The notes beneath the pieces are model-generated. The model was not told the origin of the DNA, did not search any database, and saw only the letters and a program-made list of their open reading frames with translations. This document shows, in pieces, positions 37,146-49,649 of a DNA stretch of 56,863 bases; position 1 is the stretch's first letter; each line of letters begins with the position of its first letter. The position numbers and the translations under genes were made by a program. Where the stretch lies: NCBI RefSeq assembly GCF_004010195.1, contig NC_057750.1, positions 1,607,032 through 1,663,894 on the forward strand. The letters are read 5' to 3'. This DNA comes from Chiloscyllium plagiosum (taxonomy: Eukaryota).

Positions 37146-37796
37146 CAATTATTTTGACCCATACGTTGGCCAAATGTCCTTCTCCTCAGTTCCTAGAACA
37201 TGAATCAATTGGAGCTGCAGATCTTGTCTCAGACTCTCAATGCCCCCTTTCAGCTATATCAACCAGCCTCTTTGCAAAAACTCCCAATCAATTCAGAAAC
37301 AGATCCTTTCTGTGTGTGGCTTTTCCAACTCTCCCTGAATCTCTTCTGATTGCCTCAGGCTCAAAATCTCAATTCTGATTGAAAGTCAATAAAACCCTGG
37401 GAAATGTCTCATTAAAAAGACCAAATTTCTTGCCCAATGCACAGAAACAGACCGTGAGCCTTGAAGTCTTTGAGAGCAGGGTGTTAATGCATCCATTAAC
37501 TCTAAGCTCTGTAATCACTGGACCAGGAGCGAGTCCAATTCTCACCATAGAACACTGGCTCTGTCTTACAAAATCGTTTATCCCCCAGTCACTGCAAAGA
37601 CAGAACATAACGAAATGCATTAGTATTGAGGAGCAAGCAATTTGCACATTCTTACCAATCGAAAGATGCACAGTCCAAGGTCACAGTACAACCCAGTGTG
37701 ACTTTCTCTTTAAAAAGTAGATTTGGCACCAGTCACTTGAACCGATTCACTGCCACCAGAATAAAGCTGTATCTAATTTCAAACAGAACTGCATCA

Positions 37797-38000
37797 CAGG
37801 GCATTAGTTAGCTCAGTTGGCCAGATGGCTGGCATTATAAATGCACAGTGACACCAACAGCATGAGTGTGATTCCCACATTAGCTAAGGTTACCCTGAAG
37901 GACCCACCTTCTCAACCTCTCCCCTTGCCTCAGGTGTGGTCTCCGTCGGGTTAAACCACCACCAGTCCTCCCTCTCTACTGACAGAGTGGGGCAATGGCA
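37797..38000 (+). mobile_element. Third tRNA-derived SINE family
   Basis: Head tagctcagttgg; body ccttctcaacctctccccttgcctcaggtgtggt...ggttaaacc, also inverted at about 53150-53345. Confidence 0.6.
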
Positions 38001-38064
38001 ACTTTTCTGTATATCACCCTGTCCTTGGATTGTTTGATAGAGGTAGCTTAACTTGCAGTTTAAA

Positions 38065-38325
38065 ACAACAGAGGGAGCTTTATCCTGCATCTATTCCCGT
38101 GCTGTCCCTGTCCTGGAAATGTTTGATGGGGACAGTGTAGAGGAAGCTTTACCCTGTATCCAACCCTGTGCAGTCTTTATCCAGGGAGCGTCTGATGGAG
38201 ACTGTGTAGAGGAAACTTTCTCCTGTATCTAACCTCATGCTGTCCCTGTCCTGGGAGTATTTGGTGGGGACAGTACAGAGGGAACTTTACTCTGTATCTA
38301 GTCTGTGCTGTCCCAGTCCTGAGTC
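38065..38325 (-). repeat. About 68-bp tandem repeat (same family as 30075)
   Basis: Reverse complement of the 30075 unit. Confidence 0.8.
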
Positions 38326-38637
38326 TGATTCTAAACTTAGAACCTGCAGATGAAACGATGAGTAACTGTGAGTTAGCCACAGCAGAGACTGAAGATGTTG
38401 GAATTTCCAAGACTGTTGGAGAGTATTCTGGACAGACAAGTGCTGAGAAGGCGGAATGGTTGGAGTGTTTTTTGGAAAGGTGGAGTGGTCGGTGTTTTTC
38501 TGGGACAAAAGACCGGCCACTCCACCTTCCCAAATACACAGACCACACCACCTTCCCAAATACACAGACCACTCCACCTTCCCAAATAAACACCGACCAC
38601 TCCACCTTCCCCAAAAAACACAGACCACTTTGTGTGC

Positions 38638-38870
38638 AGCACGGTGGCACAGTGTTTAGCCCTGCTGCCTCACAGCGCCAGAGACCCGGGTTCAATTCCA
38701 GCCTCAGGCAACTCTCTGTGTGGAGTTTGCACATTCTCCCGTGTCTGCGTGGGTTTGCTCCGGTTCCCTCTCACAACTCAAAAATGTACAGGTTAGGTGA
38801 ATTGGCCATGCTAAATTGTCCGTAGTGTTAGGTGAAGGGCCTGTTTCCACACTGTAAGTAACCTAATATA
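38638..38870 (+). mobile_element. HE1 SINE with internal deletions
   Basis: Head plus V-domain joined directly to the tail (gttaggtgaagggcctg). Confidence 0.9.
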
Positions 38871-39567
38871 AGTAAACTCTCGCTACTCCAACTTCCCAAA
38901 AAAAACACCAACCACTCCACATTCCCAAAAAAACACTGACCCCTCCACCTTCCCACACAAACACCGACCACTACACATTCCCAAAAAAAACCGACCCCTC
39001 CACCTTCCCAAAAAAACACTGACTACTCCACCTTCCCAAACAAACAGCAACCACTCCACATTCCCCAAAAAACACCAAACACTCCAATTCCCAAAAAAAA
39101 CACCGACCACTCCACCCTCCAAAAAAACACTGATCACTCTACCTTTCCAAAAACACACACCACTCCATCTTCCCAGAAAAACATCGACCACTCCACCTTC
39201 CCAAAAAAACACCGACCACTCCACCCTCCAAAAAAACACTGATCACTCTACCTTTCCAAAAACACACACCACTCCATCTTCCCAAAAAAACACTGGCCAC
39301 TCCACCTTCCCAAAGAAACACAGACCACTCCACCTTCCTAAACAATACCGACCACTCCACATTGCAAATAAAACACCGACCACTCCACCTNNNNNNNNNN
39401 NNNNNNNNNNNNNNNNNNNNNNNNNNNNNNNNNNNNNNNNNNNNNNNNNNNNNNNNNNNNNNNNNNNNNNNNNNNNNNNNNNNNNNNNNNNNNNNNNNNN
39501 NNNNNNNNNNNNNNNNNNNNNNNNNNNNNNNNNNNNNNNNNNNNNNNNNNNNNNNNNNNNNNNNNNN

Positions 39568-39770
39568 ACCTAACACTACGGGCAATTTAGCATGGCCAAT
39601 TCACCTGACCTGCACATCTTTGGACTGTGGGAGGAAACCGGAGCACCCGGAGGAAACCCACGCAGACACGGGGAGAATGTGCAAACTCCACACAGTCAGT
39701 CGCCTGAGTCGGGAATTGAACCCGGGTCTCTGGCGCTGTGAGGCAGCAGTGCAAACCATTGTACCACCTT
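39568..39770 (-). mobile_element. HE1 SINE (runs into gap)
   Basis: Reverse complement of head and V-domain. Confidence 0.9.
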
Positions 39771-40109
39771 GACGCACACAAAGAGGTCTGTGTTTTTTGG
39801 GGGAAGGTGGATGGGTCTGTGTTTTTTTTTGGGAAGATGCAGTGGTCGGTTTTTTTTTGGGAAGGTGGAGTGGTGTGTGTTTTTATGTGGAAAGGTGGAG
39901 TGGTCGGTGTTTATTTTGAGAAGGTGGAGTAGTCGATTTATTTGGGAAGATGGAGTGGTTGGTGTTTTTGGGAAGGTGGAGTGGTCGATGATTTTTTGGG
40001 AAGGTGAAGTGATCATGGTTTTTTGGAAGGTTGCGTGGTCAGTGTTTTTCTGGGATGGTGGAGTAGTCAGTGTTTTTTTGGGAAGCTGGAGTAGCGAGAG
40101 TTTACTTAG

Positions 40110-40343
40110 ATTCGGTTACTTACAGTGTGGAAACAGGCCCTTCACCTAACACTACGGACAATTTAGCATGGCCACTTCACCTAACCTGTACATTTTTGGG
40201 TTGTGGGAGGGAACCGGAGCAAACCCACACAGACACGGGGAGAATGTGCAAACTCCACACAGAGAGTCGCCTGAGGGAGGAATTGAACCCGGGTCTCTGG
40301 CGCTGTGAGGCAGCAGGGCTAACCACTGTGCCACCGTGCCGCC
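40110..40343 (-). mobile_element. HE1 SINE, inverted twin of the 38638 copy
   Basis: Same deletions and private substitutions as the 38638 copy. Confidence 0.9.
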
Positions 40344-40697
40344 CACAACGTTGTCTGTGTTCTTTTTGGGAAGGTGGATTGGTCTGTGTTTTTTTTGGGA
40401 AGATGCAGTCGTCGGTTTTTTTTGGGAAGGTGGTGTGGTCTGTGTTTTTTTGGGAAGTTGGAGTGGTCGGTGTTTGTTTGGGAAGGTAGAGTGGTCTTTT
40501 TTTTGGGAAGTGGAGAGGTCGGTGTTTTATTTGGGAAGGTGGAGTGGTCGGTGTTTTTTTTGGGAAGGTGGAGTGGTGTGTGTTTTTGGGAAGGTGGAGT
40601 GGTCGATGTTATTTTGGGAAGGTTGAGTGGTCAGTTTTTTTAGGAATGTGGAGTGTTCGGTGTTTTTTTTGATGTAATGTTCTTTCCCATTATGAAG

Positions 40698-40799
40698 AAC
40701 GGTTTTGCACTTTCATCAAAGACAGACCAACACTCATCACGGGTAACCGACAAAAAAACCCAAGAAGTTCTCATAAAAATGAATGACCTCAGTTTGACA
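40698..40799 (+). CDS. Candidate exon (NGFALSSKTDQHSSRVTDKKTQEVLIKMNDLSLT)
   Basis: Acceptor ttctttcccattatgaAG, donor ACA|GTGAGG, 102 nt open; peptide similarity to the 21843 exon. Confidence 0.3.
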
Positions 40800-41376
40800 G
40801 TGAGGAAACGTGCCAACAACTTTGTGCACAGGAAGATCCCGCTAACCTGATGGCTGCAAATCGGGTTTGGTAACACTGCTGGAGGGTGGAATGGTGTCCA
40901 GGAGATTCCCCCTCCTGCTCTTCCAGCCAGACGGCAGGGCCTGTAATATTTGGGTTAAAGCTTCCTCCTGTCACTCCCCCTCCAAGAGTGACCCATGGAT
41001 TAACTTCCCCATGGAGCAGTCACATTTCCCAGAGATACTGCCTTCACTCAGGGATGGATGGAAACAAATTCTGGGTGTTCTGGACTTGGGGCTGGAGCTG
41101 AGTCTGAGAGGTGACAGTGCTATCAACACAACAAACATTTTGTTTGCCAAATCAAATCATTGATAATATTCATCTAACACTTGAGTGAGTTTTGTAGATC
41201 TGGGATACAGAGCCTATCAATCACTGTCTAATCCTGTTACGTCAGAAAAGTTCCATTAATTCATCAGTTTACATCAAATGCCAGATGCATAATAAGCCTT
41301 TCTCCATTCATAGCCCTACAGTGAATATTTTCAGATTATATCGTCTTTTGCTCCTGTCCTCCTCACGTTGTTACAG

Positions 41377-41402
41377 GAAGGTGCAGTGGCCCCTGTCAAA
41401 CT
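41377..41402 (+). CDS. Candidate 26-nt micro-exon
   Basis: Long pyrimidine tract ...ctcctgtcctcctcacgttgttacAG and donor CT|GTAAGA. Confidence 0.3.
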
Positions 41403-41704
41403 GTAAGAATTGAAAATAAAACTGTAAGAAAATCCCCTATGGTGGAGAGCGGGAGAGAGAGAGAGAGAATGAGACAGAGAGAGAGAAAATGAGAGAGAGT
41501 GGGAATACCTGGGAGCATCAGTCTCAGAGTCAGTGGTGAGTGGAAGTGGGAGGCTCCTACCTGAGGGGGTCTGTGCAGGGGATGGGGTGCCTCGATCACT
41601 GAACCCCTCCCCCCCCCTCCCCTCCTCCCTGTGGAGGTGTAGATAGTGTGGGAGCCTCCAGCCTGAGGCTAAATCTCAGAGATGGTAATGTAGCAATTTC
41701 AAAC

Positions 41705-41980
41705 TCCCCTCTGCACCTCTCTCTGCATTTTCTCTCACTCTCTCTCTGCATCTCTCTCTGCATCGCTCTCTCTCTGCATCACTCTCTCTGCATCTCTCTC
41801 TCTCTGCATCTCTCCCTCTCTGCATCTTGCTCTCTCTCCACCTCTCTCTGCATCTCTCTCTGTGCATCTCACTGCATCTTTCTCTCTGCGTCTCCCTCTG
41901 CATCTCTCTCTCTCTCTACATCTCACTCTGCGTCTCTCTCTCTCTCTCTCTCTGCTTCCCCCTCTGCATCTCTCTCTCTG
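41705..41980. repeat. (CT)n/CTGCAT compound microsatellite
   Basis: Visible. Confidence 0.9.
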
Positions 41981-42969
41981 TGCGCACTGTCAATACAGGC
42001 TGTAACCCAGTTACCTATGAGAAACATCTAATACAAGAACATGAAAGACTCCATCAATGAAATCATTTTCAGACTCACAACAAGAACAAGTCGAGAAGCT
42101 AACAGAGCTCTGAATTAGTCCTGCGGCCACCTAACATTTTTCCCATACATTACATTAAACAAGTGTGTTTGTTCTTTTCAAAAGAAAATCTTTTTTTCTT
42201 CCTCCTCCTTATTGTTTCTTCTCCTTTGACATTTTCACTTGGCTTTCACTCAGGCATGTGTTGCCTGTTCTAATGCCAGGTCACTCACTTTACGAATCTC
42301 TCTCTCTCTCTCTCAGCAAGAAACTGAACAGCAACTTCACTCTGTTCTGATTGTTTCTATCTTCCTCTTCTCCAATGATTGGACTGCCTCCCAGTGCTGG
42401 AAAGGTACTGGGGTCTATTTTTTATTTATTTGAGGAAAAACAGACCCAAACGACAATGAAAACAGATTAAATTATTCATCGCCAGTGATAATGAAAAGTG
42501 CTTGCATTGCCAAACAGTAAAATCGATGGTGTTAAACATCACATCTCATGTAAGTTATTTATTGCACAGCTCAAAGTACCCAGGCTAGGTCATCACCCCC
42601 GGTTCTGAGCTGTTCTCTCCCAGCCACATCCGGGACTCTGAAACCTATCAAGTTCAGAAATGCATTTTTATTTTGTTAAGAGCAGCCCTCAGAGACACAG
42701 CAGAGAGTTGGTGCTTTATGTCTGTGGGATGCCATGGGGACCGTTCATATCGGAGTCCACATTCTCTAGCACAAAGCTCCAACCCAGAACATTAGTCTAC
42801 AAGCCCCTGTAACCCACAACTCAATCTATTTCTGAGGAAGGGTCACTGGATCTGAAACATTAACTCTGATTTCTCTCCACAGATGTTGAGCTTTTCCATC
42901 TTTGTTTCAATCTATTTTTCTGCTCTCTCAAGACATGACATCCCTCCCAACATTTTGCAAACTTGTGCA

Positions 42970-43555
42970 AAAGCAGATGGTGGAATTTGAATTCAATAAA
43001 AATCTGGAATTAAGAACCTAATGATGACCATGACTCCATTGTCAATAGTTAAAAAAACCCACCTGGGTCACTAATGCCCTTTAGGGAAGGAAACTGCCAT
43101 CCTTACCCTGGTCTGGCCTACATGTGACCCCAGGCCCACAGCAATGTGGCTGACTCTTAACTGCCCTCTGGGCAGTTAGGGATGGGGTAATAAGATTACA
43201 TTTCAGTATGGAAACAGGCCCTTCAGCCCAACAAGTCCACACCGACCCGCCAAAGCGCAACCCACCCATACCCCTACATTTACCCCTATACCCAACACTA
43301 CGGACAATTTAGCATGGCCAATTCACCTGACCTGCACACCTTTGGACTGTGGGAGGAAACCAGAGCACCCAGAGGAAACCCACGCAGACACGGGGAGAAC
43401 GTGCAAACTCCACACAGTCAGTCGCCTGAGGCGGGAATTGAACCCGGGTCTCTGGCGCTGTGAGGCAGCAGTGCTAACCACTATGCCACCGTGCCGCCCA
43501 CGATAAATGCTGGCCTGGCCACTGACACCCTCATCCCATGGATGAAGAAAAAAAG
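42970..43555 (+). mobile_element. Second-family SINE with a full-length minus-strand HE1 nested at about 43194-43500
   Basis: Host resumes ataaatgctggcctggcc after the HE1; short ATAA duplication. Confidence 0.85.
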
Positions 43556-44594
43556 AAATCACTGTCTTCCAAGAGCTGTCAAAGAGGCCATGCTTGTGCT
43601 CTCTGAAGGCCCTGTCACAATGCGAGCTCCACACTGTGTTTCTGAGGCAGTCCCGGTGGGAATCTCCCCGTATGGATACTGAGCTCTTCGGTTTTATTAA
43701 AAAGGTACAGAGCGACAATCTGAATGTGGTTGTGGCACTCCGAAAGCTAGTGCTTCCAATTAAACCTGTTGGACTATAACCTGGTGTTGTGTGATTCTTA
43801 ACTCCTGGGAATATCTAGCCTTTAATATCTCTGCAGGGCTGTATACTTCTGTCATGAATTAAGTTACTTTCATTCTGAGTAATGATTTAGTTGATAACCA
43901 GTTTCGCCATTTGCTTAAAAGTTAAGTTTGCTTTAACAAATAATATTAAATAAATTTAATAAATAAACTTGAGTTTATTGAAGGAACCTGGTAAGATCTC
44001 TTTTTCTAGTTAACAGTAAGCAGAAATAAGTTGACTTGGTCTTAAGATGAAATACAAATACTTTTCACACCATTTTTATGGCGTTTTGGGGCCTGATCAT
44101 CAGCACAATTCTCTCAAGATTGCAACAATTTGACATTTTTTTCTGTGCTTGTTGGAGCATTGGCTGAGAGTGATCGATTAAGGACAGTTAAGGGATTTCT
44201 TCTTAATAAGAGACAGTAAGGACTGTAGATCCTGGAAGTAAGTGTCAGTAAGTGTAGACTGGAAAAGCACAGCAGGTCAGACAGCACCCAAGGTACAGGA
44301 ATGTCAACATTCCGTCTGGAATACCTTCTTTCCCGCTCCTTGAGTGCCGTCTGACCTGCTGTGCAATTCCTTTTTAATAGCTGGGCACTGGTTGTGTCCT
44401 TGCTCAATAAGGGTCTTTTGTCCTCATGATTTGATAATATGGAACTTATGTATCACTTTTAAAAAAACTTTTGTCAAAGTTTTCCACCAGGTACTCAGGG
44501 CAACTCACAAGAAATTGCAATGCAAGTGGAAAACCCAACATATATATTGTGGCAGAGAGAGAGAGTGCTGAGGGGTTGGCAGGTGAAATCTGGT

Positions 44595-44882
44595 TCATAA
44601 AATCCCTACAGTGTGGAAGCAGGCCATTCAGCCCAACAACACACCAAAGAGCATCCCACCCAGACCCATCTCCTACCCTATCCCTGTCACCCTGCATTTT
44701 CCCATGGATAATCCACCTAACCTGCACATCTTTGGACTGTGGGGGAAGGCCGGAGCACCTGAAGGAATCCCATGCAGACACGGGGAAGATGTGCAAATGC
44801 CACACAGTCACCCAAGAGAGGGATTGAACCCAGATCTCTGACGCTGTGGGGCAGCAATGCTAACCACTGAGCTACCGTGCCA
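44595..44882 (-). mobile_element. Diverged HE1 SINE
   Basis: Reverse complement of head, V-domain and tail. Confidence 0.85.
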
Positions 44883-45707
44883 GCCTGTGATAAAGGCATT
44901 TCTATGGAGACTGCACCAATTAACAACAATTGATAATTAACTGCCCAGCTTTGTTGAGATTTTAAACCAGGTAGTTTGATTGATTAGTCTAGGCAATATA
45001 TCAGAAATTAACCAACAATGGAGTGTCACCTAATCTGCTGAGTTGAACAGGACTCTGTGTTAACGTGTGACACAATTGTACAGCACAACCCAGCTGACAA
45101 TCCAAGATCAGTCTTCAGCATCATTCTTTGCACACTCAGGATTATTTCCAGCCAATGCCATCCAATTGCAGACTCACATCTAGTGTCGAACATTGGTTTG
45201 TGGGTTTTGGGTACAGTCAGTATGCTACTTGTTGCAAATAGCAAAGGGATATTTGGTTGGATACAATCCAGAAAGCCCTGGGACCAACCAACTTCCAAAC
45301 CCAGTATCAGCCTGTCATCGAAATTCTAATGTGCTCACTCACAGCTTTACAACAGCAGTTAGTGATGGGCAATCAACACTGGCTCAGCCAGTGACAGTCT
45401 CATCCCGAAACAACAAAATAATTACAAATAAATGAAATATTGAAACATTACTTGACTCAGAGAATGGTTAGAGTATAGAAAATTGGCAAATTGCTGGGAT
45501 TTTTTAATAAGGAAATGGGAAGTGTGCAGGAAGGAAAATAGAATGGAAAGATTTCCCTATAGAGTGGGTGAGGCAGATGGAATGGGAGGAGAAGGCAGCA
45601 GTGTTTAAGCACCAACACAGATTGGGCTAAATGACCTCTTCCTGTTTTGCTTCAGATTTCCCAATAATGCCTTGATTTTCTCTCTCTTTCTCTCTTTCTC
45701 TCCAGGC

Positions 45708-46245
45708 TTAGAATCATAGTCATACAGCACGGAAACAGACCCTTCGGCCCAACCAGTCCATTCTGACCATAATCCCAAACTTAACTAGCACAACATGCCT
45801 GCTTCTGGCCCATATCCCTCCAAATCGTTCCCGTTCATGAACTTATCCAAATGTCTTTTAAATGTTGTAACTGCACCCACATCCACCACTTCCTCAGGCA
45901 ATTCATTCCACACATGAACCAGTCTCTGTAAAAAATGTGTTCCTCATGTTTTTTTTAAATCTCTCTCCTCTCACCTTAAAAATGTGTCCCTAGTCTTGAA
46001 CTCCCCCACCCTAAGGATTCCTGAAAAAGGGCTTATGCCCGAAACGTCAATTCTCCTGCTCCTTGGATGCTGCCTGACCTGCTGCGCTTTTCCAGCAACA
46101 CATTTTTCAGCTCTGATCTCCAGCATCTGCAGTCCTCACTTTCTCCACCCTAAGGAATAGACAACTACCATTAACTCTATCTATACATCTTGTTATATTA
46201 TAAATTTCTGTAAGGTCACCTCTCAACCTCCTACGCTCCAGTTAA
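45708..46245 (-). mobile_element. CR1 3' end with a family-A Penelope-like element nested at about 46016-46145
   Basis: TSD-like ccaccctaagga on both sides of the insert; insert core CTGAAAA-A-GGGC-TTAT-GCCC-GAAA-CGTC. Confidence 0.8.
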
Positions 46246-47389
46246 TAAGTCCCTCAATTACTGTTGTTCATTCTCTCTTCTCTCAATGTTTCCCTCTCAC
46301 TCTCACCCATACTCTGAATCACTGACCAAATCCCTACTACCGTTTGTATTTAAATCACAGCCTAATCCCATTGTTTGTCGAGGTGTAGCTGAACTTGGGC
46401 TGCTATAAGGATATATTTTCCCTAAAAGAAAGTTAAATTAAGTTGTTTTGTTCTGTCCTGCTCCTCTTTTTGGTTTATAGCGACCTGTGTTAAGGTAACA
46501 TCTGTTGCTAACAATTGGAGACTTGTGTCAGAGAGGTTTGTCTAAGTCCCAAATGATGGAGTGGGACCATAGCCAGCAGCAAAACAGGTTTCTGAGATAC
46601 CTATTGATCCCCAAGGTATCTGAACAGCTACAGATGGCTTCTGATTAATGATAAATGAGACAATTTCAATCCCAGACAATCTCAATTAAGAGGCTTCAGC
46701 AGTAATAGATAGCTTTACTTCTGTTTTATGGCTTCTGAAAAGATCAGCCGCTCAGACAAGATTGCAGAGAACAATACAAACAAAGAATTTCAGCATTTAA
46801 AACGCTGCTCGCTGGATGATCTGATTAGTCATAAACAGGAATTGAAGATTCTGCAATTTGGGCAGGAACAGAGAGAAATACCGGTCTATGTCTCCACATC
46901 TTCAGGTTCACATTTGACCAGAAAATGTTGAATGTCAAGTTAAGGGCAAATGGAAAATATCAATTTCAACATGGAGTGATGATCAATCTTAAGTAAATAG
47001 TACAAACATATGAAATCAGAGCAGGAGGCCATTCGGCCACTCGAGCCAACTGTTCCAGTCAAGCAGCTCATGGCTGGTCTCTTTATGCATCACACTCATG
47101 TCTATCCATTTTGTTTTCCGTCTCCATCTTTAAATTATTCAATATACTCAACTCCATGACATTTTAAAGGCATTTTAAACGTTCCACAACCCTCCAAGAG
47201 GAAGGAAAATTCCCCTCCTCCCCGTCCAGAGAGGGTGACCCCTCCTTTTTAATCAGTGCCCCTTAGTTACGGACTGACCCACCATCCTTTCCCCATCCAC
47301 CGTGTCCCAGGCTATTCAGGATCTGATACACTCCAATCAGATCCCCCCTCACTCTGTAACCCCTGTGAGGACAAGCTCAGCCTAGAAGG

Positions 47390-47630
47390 ACAAAAAGTGT
47401 GGTGCTGGAAAAGCACAGCAGGTCAGGCAGCATCCGAGGAGCAGGAGATTCTATGTTTCATGTAAAAGTCATTCACCAGGAAGCCCTTCATCAATCACAT
47501 TCCTGATGAAGAGCTTATGCCTGAAACATCGACTCTCCTGCTCCTTGGATGCTGCCTGACCTGCTGTGCTTTTCCAGCGCCACACTCTCAATTCTGATTT
47601 CCAGCATCTGCAGTCCTCACTTTCTCCCAC
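47390..47630. mobile_element. Fold-back Penelope-like short element (family A)
   Basis: Inverted arms; CTGATGA-A-GAGC-TTAT-GCCT-GAAA-CATC at about 47503-47530. Confidence 0.8.
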
Positions 47631-48219
47631 CCCTTCCAGGGATCAATCCAATAAACCTCTTCTGAACCACCTCCAGTACGTTTACAGCCTTCCTTCAATA
47701 AATATCTTAAATTAATCCTGTGTTCCCATCCTCACACCCAATACAGTGAATGAAGTTACAAATAAGTAAAGTTTGATGGAAACCCAATAATGACAACAAA
47801 CCCAAACCCAGCTCCCGCAGACCTAACCCCAGCGTAATTCAGTAACACAGACTTTTTTACCATCATTACAAAATGACCAGTCCCTGAAAAATAAGATGCA
47901 TTGAACATGGGAATAGGAGTAAAGCTTTTGTCTTGAATTTTCAGATGGTAACTGAGGGAAGGCGCCACATGACAAGAAATTGCAATGGTCATTCATTAAA
48001 CTTGTAATTAGTGATTCTGGAATCATCGATTGGACATACTGTTCCACTGTAAACTCAGCAGAAATGTGTGTATTCCCGTTCTAGAAATGAATGGAGACAG
48101 ACTCGAAAAAGAATTGTTCTTTCACCAGCCCCTGTATATCTTTGATTATTGATCCAAGGACACAGTTTCTGTGGAGAAATGCGTCTATGTAAGGAGATCA
48201 GGGAACCATAACTTAAATC

Positions 48220-48470
48220 AAATACACGGGAGGGAGTTACAACTTAGAATCTAATCAAGGGGTTCAGGGTGGTTTATAAACAGAATAACAGATACCCAGG
48301 AGTGAGATACAGACTGAAATCTAATCGAGGGGTTTGGGGTGGTTTATACACAGAATAACAGATGCCCAGGAGTGAGATACAGACTGGCATCTAATTGAGG
48401 GGTTTAGGGTGGTTTATACATAGAATAACAGATACCCGGGTGTGAATTACAGACTGGAAGATAACTAAGG
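48220..48470. repeat. About 71-bp tandem repeat, 3-4 copies
   Basis: ggagtgagatacagactg..atctaatcgaggggttt.gggtggtttata.a.agaataacagataccc. Confidence 0.85.
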
Positions 48471-48942
48471 GATTCTAATTTTGTTATGAATTAAGACATA
48501 TTGATACATCCTTTCCGACCTCTGCCTTTTCTAAAGCCCCTCTGCCAGACCATGTCGAGACCATGACTGTTCCCAATTCCTGCCCTGTGTCAGTTTTGTC
48601 CTTTGCTGTTTTCCTCTGGTTTGTGTGCTCTTGCGAGGTGGTTCTCTCTTTAATGGCACAATGTTAGTACAAGCTGCATTCGGGTGATAGCATGTTATGC
48701 AGAGCTGGAGATAATTGAGCACAGATTGAAGCAAAATTAGCTTCCTCACTGAGAAGGAACAGAGCCAGGAGCCTGGGAAATAGATCTGTCACTCAGATGT
48801 AGAACATACTTGTGGACTATGCTTTATTTTGTATAAATTCCTAGAAATCAACTTCACGATAGACATAACTGATATAGAAACATAGATAAGTAGGAACAGG
48901 AGTCGGCCATTCGGCCCTTCGAGTTCGCTTCACCATTTAGTA

Positions 48943-49280
48943 GGCGGCACGGTGGCACAGTGGTTAGCACTGCTGCCTCACAGCGCCAGAGACCCGGGTT
49001 CAATTCCCGCCTCAGGCGACTGACTGTGTGGAGTTTGCACATTCTCCCCGTGTCTGTGTGGGTTTCCTCCGGGTGCTCCGGTTTCCTCCCACAATCCAAA
49101 CATGTGCAGGTCAGGTGAATTGGCCATGCTAAATTGCCCGTAGTGTTAGGTATGGGGTAAATGTAGGGGTATGGGGCAAATGTAGGGGTATGGGTGGGTT
49201 GCGCTTCGGCGGGTCGGTGTGGACTTGTTGGGCCGAAGGGCCTGTTTCCACACTGTAATCTAATCTAATCTAAAATCTAA
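48943..49280 (+). mobile_element. Young full-length HE1 V-SINE inserted in a minus-strand CR1 3' end
   Basis: Near-consensus copy, (TAATC)n tail, TSD-like tttagta/tttaata. Confidence 0.93.
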
Positions 49281-49649
49281 TTTAATACGATCATGGCTGC
49301 TCATCCAACTCAGTCCCTTGTTCCCACTTTCTCCTCATATCCTTTGATCCCTTTAGACCAAAAACAATATCTAACACATTCCTGAAAATGTGTAATGCTT
49401 TGGTTTCAACTGCTTTCGGTGTCAGAGAATCCCACAGGCTCCCCACTCGCTGGGGGAAGGTATTTCTCATCAGCTCAGCAGATGGTGTGTTCAAAACACA
49501 GTGTCAACACTTGGATGGCAGCGTCCATTGCTCTGGATGCTCCAAGCCTCATCCTGCAGGAAGCCATGGAGTTCACTCAAAATTAGGGATATTACTCCTC
49601 ACATTTCAGAGGCCAATTTCTAGGGTTTATCATCAAATTTAGATGAGAG

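Larger units (their letters stand above)
38445..40670. repeat. About 28-bp (CACCGACCACTCCACCTTCCCAAAAAAA)n arrays in inverted orientation, with embedded HE1 copies
   Basis: C-rich strand on plus at 38507-39390; G-rich on plus at 39785-40670. Confidence 0.9.

Noticed and set aside
37165..37591. Four in-frame TGA codons as selenocysteines
   Set aside because: No selenoprotein-like context and no SECIS recognised; explicable by TCA codons on the other strand or by chance
45026..45435. Overlapping 80-90 aa ORFs with a hydrophobic stretch
   Set aside because: No convincing splice sites or recognisable motif
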